From Candidatus Multivoradales bacterium (GTDB lineage: Bacteria > Acidobacteriota > Thermoanaerobaculia > Multivoradales > Multivoraceae), in contig CBDCWI010000002.1 of the NCBI GenBank assembly GCA_965223325.1, positions 352,001 through 416,000 on the forward strand: DNA of 64,000 bases. Reading direction: 5' to 3'. Below, piece by piece: positions 60,168 through 64,000 of this stretch. Each line of letters opens with the position of its first letter. Within the stretch, counting starts at the first letter, position 1. The translations under genes and the position numbers were made by a program. The notes beneath the pieces were generated by a model. It did no database searches and was not told the origin of the DNA. It saw only the letters and a program-made list of their open reading frames with translations.

Positions 60168-60977
60168 ATGACGTTCCCTTCAGGTCTCGAGCGAGCCCTC
60201 GCCGTTGTATTCCTCATTGTGTTGGCGGCCACCGCTGCCCTTCCGCTCAGTGCCCAGACGACGGTTTCAATTGCCGCCAGCGCCGACACGACGCTCTATG
60301 AGTCCGCGGCCGGAGCGCTCGCCAACGGCGGCGGTCAGTTCCTGTTCGTCGGCAACACCAACGAAATGGCGCCTGGCGACGAACCGAAGCGCCGCGCCCT
60401 CATCGCTTTCGACATCGCCGGTGCGGTTCCGGCCGGCGCCACCATCGACTCGGTGACCCTCGAACTGGCCATGGACCGCACCATCGTCGGCAACGTTGGC
60501 GTCGACCTCCATCGCGTCTCCGCTTCGTGGAACGAAGGCTCCACCGACGCAGCCGGACAAGAGGGCAAGGGCGGCCCCGCGGTCCCCGGTGACGCCACCT
60601 GGCTGCATCGCGACTCGCCCGGCACGGCGTGGACCGCCGCCGGCGGCGACTATGTTCCGGCCGCCAGTGCCACCGCCACGGTCGGGGGTGCCGGCACCTA
60701 CACCTGGTCCTCGGCGACGATGACGGTGGACGTTCAGGCCTGGCTCGACGCGCCGGCGACCAGTCACGGTTGGCTGCTGCGCACGATCGAGTTCCCCGGG
60801 GCAGCCGAGGCCAAGCGCTTCATCAGTCGTGAGGGCGCCGCCGGCCCGGTCCTGCGGGTGACCTATTCAGGCGTTGCGGGTCCAGCCGCACCGATTCCCG
60901 CCCTGCCTCTCTCGGGTTTGATCGCGCTCGCCGTGGTGCTGGCGCTGGCCGGCATCTCCCGCCTGAGGCGCCCCTGA
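60168..60977 (+). CDS. Secreted DNRLRE-like domain protein with IPTL-CTERM sorting signal
   Basis: GGAG RBS, signal peptide, ADTTLYE, RRALIAFD, SWNEG, HGWLL, SRE..P.L.VTY; C-terminal IPALPLSGLIALAVVLALAG-RLRR. Confidence 0.8.
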   Translation: MTFPSGLERALAVVFLIVLAATAALPLSAQTTVSIAASADTTLYESAAGALANGGGQFLFVGNTNEMAPGDEPKRRALIAFDIAGAVPAGATIDSVTLELAMDRTIVGNVGVDLHRVSASWNEGSTDAAGQEGKGGPAVPGDATWLHRDSPGTAWTAAGGDYVPAASATATVGGAGTYTWSSATMTVDVQAWLDAPATSHGWLLRTIEFPGAAEAKRFISREGAAGPVLRVTYSGVAGPAAPIPALPLSGLIALAVVLALAGISRLRRP

Positions 60978-61244
60978 ACGGGGGTTCCTGCCCCCTCCAA
61001 AGGCGGTAGAACAGCACAAACCAGCACGAGACGCCGCCGTTGGACCTGGGCGACGGAGAAGCCCCGGAATCACGGGCTCTGGTAGTCTGTTTCCTGATTC
61101 GAGAACACACTGCCGGCACCCTGGCACCCGCTGCGCTCCCGGCCCGAGGCCGGGAGAACTGCCGAAACAACGGCTCTCATCCGAGGAGGGCCCCGCCACC
61201 AGGGCATTCCCACGCCACGGCATTCTGCCTAGAGGAGCATCACG

Positions 61245-62237
61245 ATGTTCACCCGATCGACCCCCGAGACCCGCCTCTTGCTCGGCCTGGTTGCCAGCCT
61301 CGCCCTGGTGCTCGTCAGCCTTCCGGCCGCCGCCCAGCTACCCGGCTCGATGAGCGGCAAGATCTTCGACGAGAACTCCGAGCCGGTCGCCGGGGTGGTG
61401 ATCACGGTCACCGATCCCGAGCGCCCGGGCTGGTCCGAGACCTTTACCAGTCGCAAGAACGGCATGTACAAGGTCTTTTTGACCTCATCCCTGCCCTCCT
61501 ACACCTTCGCCTTTGCCAAGGAGGGTTATCAGTCGTTCTCGCTCAATGGCGTCAAGATCCAGGCCCGGCAGGAGATCAAGCGTAACTGGGACATCAAGTC
61601 GCAGGATGCCGCCGTCGCCGCGGCCCAGGCGGCAGGGCAGGTCGCGCCGGAACTCTCTGAGGCCGACATCGCCAAGGGCAACGCGATGAAGAGCTTCAAC
61701 GCCGCGGTGCAAGCCTTCAATGGCGGCGACACCGCCACCGCCATCGAGGGCTTCAAAGCGGCGATCGAGAAGAACCCCGAGCTCGGCATCGCCTATGCCG
61801 GCCTCGCGCGCGCGCAGCGCGCGGCGGGCAACCACCAGCAAGCGGTCGAGGCCGCCGAGCGGGCGGTCGGGCTCGAGACCGACGTCGGCGACATGAACCA
61901 GATCCTCTTTGACGCCCACTCCGCCCTCGGCAACAAAGAAGAGGCCAACGCCGCGCTCTCGAAACTCACCACCGGCGATCCCGCGAAGGCCGCCCTCAAC
62001 CTGTTCAATCAGGCTGCCGACATGTTCAACAGCGGCGACATGGAGGGAGCGATCGCCGGCTTCGAGAAGGTCTTGGCGGTCGATCCCGACCACCCGAAGG
62101 CCAACTACATGATCGGTACGGCCCTCTCCGGTTCGGATCCCGCGCGCGCCAAGACGCACCTCGAAAAGTTCCTTGCCGTCGCACCCTCTGATCCCGACGC
62201 CGAGGTCGCCAAGCAGATGATCGAGTACCTGAAGTAG
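61245..62237 (+). CDS. Secreted carboxypeptidase-regulatory-like domain + TPR protein
   Basis: Signal peptide, SGKIFDENSEPVAGVVI...KEGYQ, then TPR helices (FEKVLAVDPDH). Confidence 0.88.
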   Translation: MFTRSTPETRLLLGLVASLALVLVSLPAAAQLPGSMSGKIFDENSEPVAGVVITVTDPERPGWSETFTSRKNGMYKVFLTSSLPSYTFAFAKEGYQSFSLNGVKIQARQEIKRNWDIKSQDAAVAAAQAAGQVAPELSEADIAKGNAMKSFNAAVQAFNGGDTATAIEGFKAAIEKNPELGIAYAGLARAQRAAGNHQQAVEAAERAVGLETDVGDMNQILFDAHSALGNKEEANAALSKLTTGDPAKAALNLFNQAADMFNSGDMEGAIAGFEKVLAVDPDHPKANYMIGTALSGSDPARAKTHLEKFLAVAPSDPDAEVAKQMIEYLK

Positions 62238-62275
62238 GGAGCCGCCCCAACGGCACTCTGGTGCGTACTTGATAG

Positions 62276-62301
62276 CGAAGGCTCCCGCATGGGAGCCTTC
62301 G
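62276..62301 (+). terminator. Stem-loop, probable intrinsic terminator
   Basis: CGAAGGCTCCC-GCAT-GGGAGCCTTCG, 11-bp perfect stem downstream of the TPR gene; U-tract weak. Confidence 0.6.
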
Positions 62302-62368
62302 TCGTCCTCACTCGCCCCAAAGAAGTGAATCACCACCTCGATCAACCAAAGCGAGGGACCCCAGACCG

Positions 62369-64000
62369 ATGCTGCGTTCCACCAGACGACTCTCTACCTT
62401 CGCTCGTTTCCTCCTGCTCGCGGCGGGAGCGCTACCGGCTACCTTCGCTGCCGCCCAGGTCGAGACTCCAGCCGCCCCTCTCGCAGTCAAAGACATCATG
62501 CGCCACCCCGACTGGCTGGGGCGCGCTCCCGAGACCGTGTGGTGGAGTGAAGACGGTTCGGCAGCCTGGTTCCTGCGCAAACGCGAGGGCTCCGAAGTCC
62601 GCGACGTGTGGACCTTCCAGGTCCGCGCGAACGGCGAGCCGAGCCCGCCGGCGCTCGTTCCGCCAGCTGACTACGAGAGCGTGCCGGGACGACGTGGAAC
62701 CTGGAGCGCCGACCAAAGTGCACGAGTGGCGGCCTGGCAAGGTGACATCTATCTGTGGAGAGACGGCGCCCGCCGGCAGCTCACCCGCACCGCCGAACGC
62801 GACAGTTCACCGTTCTTTCTCGGCGGCTCGAACAGCGTTATCGCCTACCAAACCGGCAACACCTGGACGACCCACGACCTCGGTCGTGGCTTGATCGGCC
62901 ACCCGTTCGAACTGCGCACCGAAGATGAGCCCGAAGAGGCTCGGCAGGAACGCGACGAGAAGGAGGGCTGGCTGGGCGAGCAACAGGAACGTTTGTTCGA
63001 CATTGTGCGCCAGCGAACTCAGGAGGAGCGCCAACAAGAGGAGTTCGAAGCCGCAATCAGGAGCGAAAGCACCAGCACACCCGACCCACCCTGGTACCTC
63101 GGCGACGACAAGGAAGTCGGTCTCAACGAGTTGTCTCCAACCGGCGAGCATCTGCTCGTCCACCTCCTGCCCGCCGACCGCCCCAAGGCAACGCGCACCG
63201 AGATGCCCGAATGGGTGACTGCCAGTGGCAATATCGAAACGCGAGAGGTGCGCGCGAAGGTCGGCATCCCGAAGCCCTTCGATTCTGAGGTCCTGGTGCT
63301 CGATCGCCAGAGGCACGAACAGCAGGTCCTCGACTTCTCGGGGCTCCCCGGCATTACCGACGATCCACTGGCTGAGATTCGGGCCGTACAGCAGGAGGCA
63401 GACGACGATGCACAAGACGACGACGAGAAAGAGCCGGAGCCGCGCCCGCTCCAGATTCGCGACATCCAGACCAGCCCCGATGGCCGCTACGCCATCGTGC
63501 AGGCACACTCGTTCGACAACAAGGATCGCTGGCTGGCGCTCATCATCCTCGAGACCGCAACCGTCGTTTCTCTCCATCACCTTCACGATCCGGGCTGGAT
63601 CAACTGGAGCTTCAACGACTTTGGATGGCTGCCCGACAGCTCGGGTGTGTGGTTTCTGTCCGAAGAGTCCGGCTGGTCCCAGGTCTATCGTGCCCTGCTG
63701 CCGACCCAAACGGATGACATAACGGCCGGCTCGATCACCATTGAGCGCCTGACCCGCGGTGACTTCGTGGTCTCGGAACCGCAGCTTGCGCGGGATGGCC
63801 GTACCCTCTACTACCGCGCCAACACCAACGATCCCAGCGTCTGGGAGATCTGGAAGCTCGATCTCGAAACGTCGGAGGCAACCCAGCTCACCAACCTCTC
63901 TGGAGATACGTCGGCCTACCCCTCACCAGACGGTCGACACCTGCTGCTCCTGTCTTCGACCACCAACCGACCGCCCGAGCTCTTCTTGCTCAGGAACGGC
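62369..64000 (+). CDS. S9-family (DPP IV-like) serine peptidase, N-terminal propeller part; runs off window
   Basis: Manual translation: signal peptide, KDIMRHPDWLGRAPE, DNKDRW, HDPGWINW, SEESGWSQ, TNRPPELF; same frame at start and window end. Catalytic domain is outside the window. Confidence 0.82.
   Translation, partial: MLRSTRRLSTFARFLLLAAGALPATFAAAQVETPAAPLAVKDIMRHPDWLGRAPETVWWSEDGSAAWFLRKREGSEVRDVWTFQVRANGEPSPPALVPPADYESVPGRRGTWSADQSARVAAWQGDIYLWRDGARRQLTRTAERDSSPFFLGGSNSVIAYQTGNTWTTHDLGRGLIGHPFELRTEDEPEEARQERDEKEGWLGEQQERLFDIVRQRTQEERQQEEFEAAIRSESTSTPDPPWYLGDDKEVGLNELSPTGEHLLVHLLPADRPKATRTEMPEWVTASGNIETREVRAKVGIPKPFDSEVLVLDRQRHEQQVLDFSGLPGITDDPLAEIRAVQQEADDDAQDDDEKEPEPRPLQIRDIQTSPDGRYAIVQAHSFDNKDRWLALIILETATVVSLHHLHDPGWINWSFNDFGWLPDSSGVWFLSEESGWSQVYRALLPTQTDDITAGSITIERLTRGDFVVSEPQLARDGRTLYYRANTNDPSVWEIWKLDLETSEATQLTNLSGDTSAYPSPDGRHLLLLSSTTNRPPELFLLRNG

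Noticed and set aside
62289-63722. Track ORFs at the right end
   Set aside because: Alternative or antisense frames of the S9 peptidase that starts at 62369 and runs off the window.

Overview
High-GC bacterial chromosomal DNA. The gene content (DUF4388 protein, carboxypeptidase-regulatory+TPR protein, IPTL-CTERM protein, type-B sdhCAB, sulfatase-like proteins ending in LGY) suggests an Acidobacteriota-like organism; this is inference only. Left to right: the N-terminal >2,959 codons of a giant SdrD-B/DUF11 repeat adhesin (not in the ORF track because it runs off the left edge); a XerC/XerD dif-like site at 9043-9070; a lipoprotein; an atypical parAB pair with a perfect 18-bp palindrome just upstream of parA; DUF151 and miaB; a sulfotransferase / AlkP-family phosphodiesterase / small RHH-like / DUF106(EMC3-TMCO1)-like module; an IS3 relic; an sbcD-sbcC-addB-addA-like operon coupled to a sulfatase-like gene; DUF4388; elp3 facing an SDR plus a Trm9/ALKBH8-like methyltransferase; sdhCAB; top6BA; a TonB receptor and LytS kinase; an M19 dipeptidase; a coiled-coil protein; an RND-MFP-RND efflux operon; a CCA-type nucleotidyltransferase; secreted proteins; and a partial S9 peptidase. 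Best candidates for undescribed systems: (1) a non-canonical ParABS beside dif, possibly partitioning the terminus; (2) a bacterial Elp3 + Trm9-like route to mcm5U34; (3) a sulfation module with an archaeal-type Oxa1-superfamily protein and a shared LGY tail. All family assignments come from motif recognition by eye; no searches were run. No rRNA, tRNA or CRISPR array was seen.
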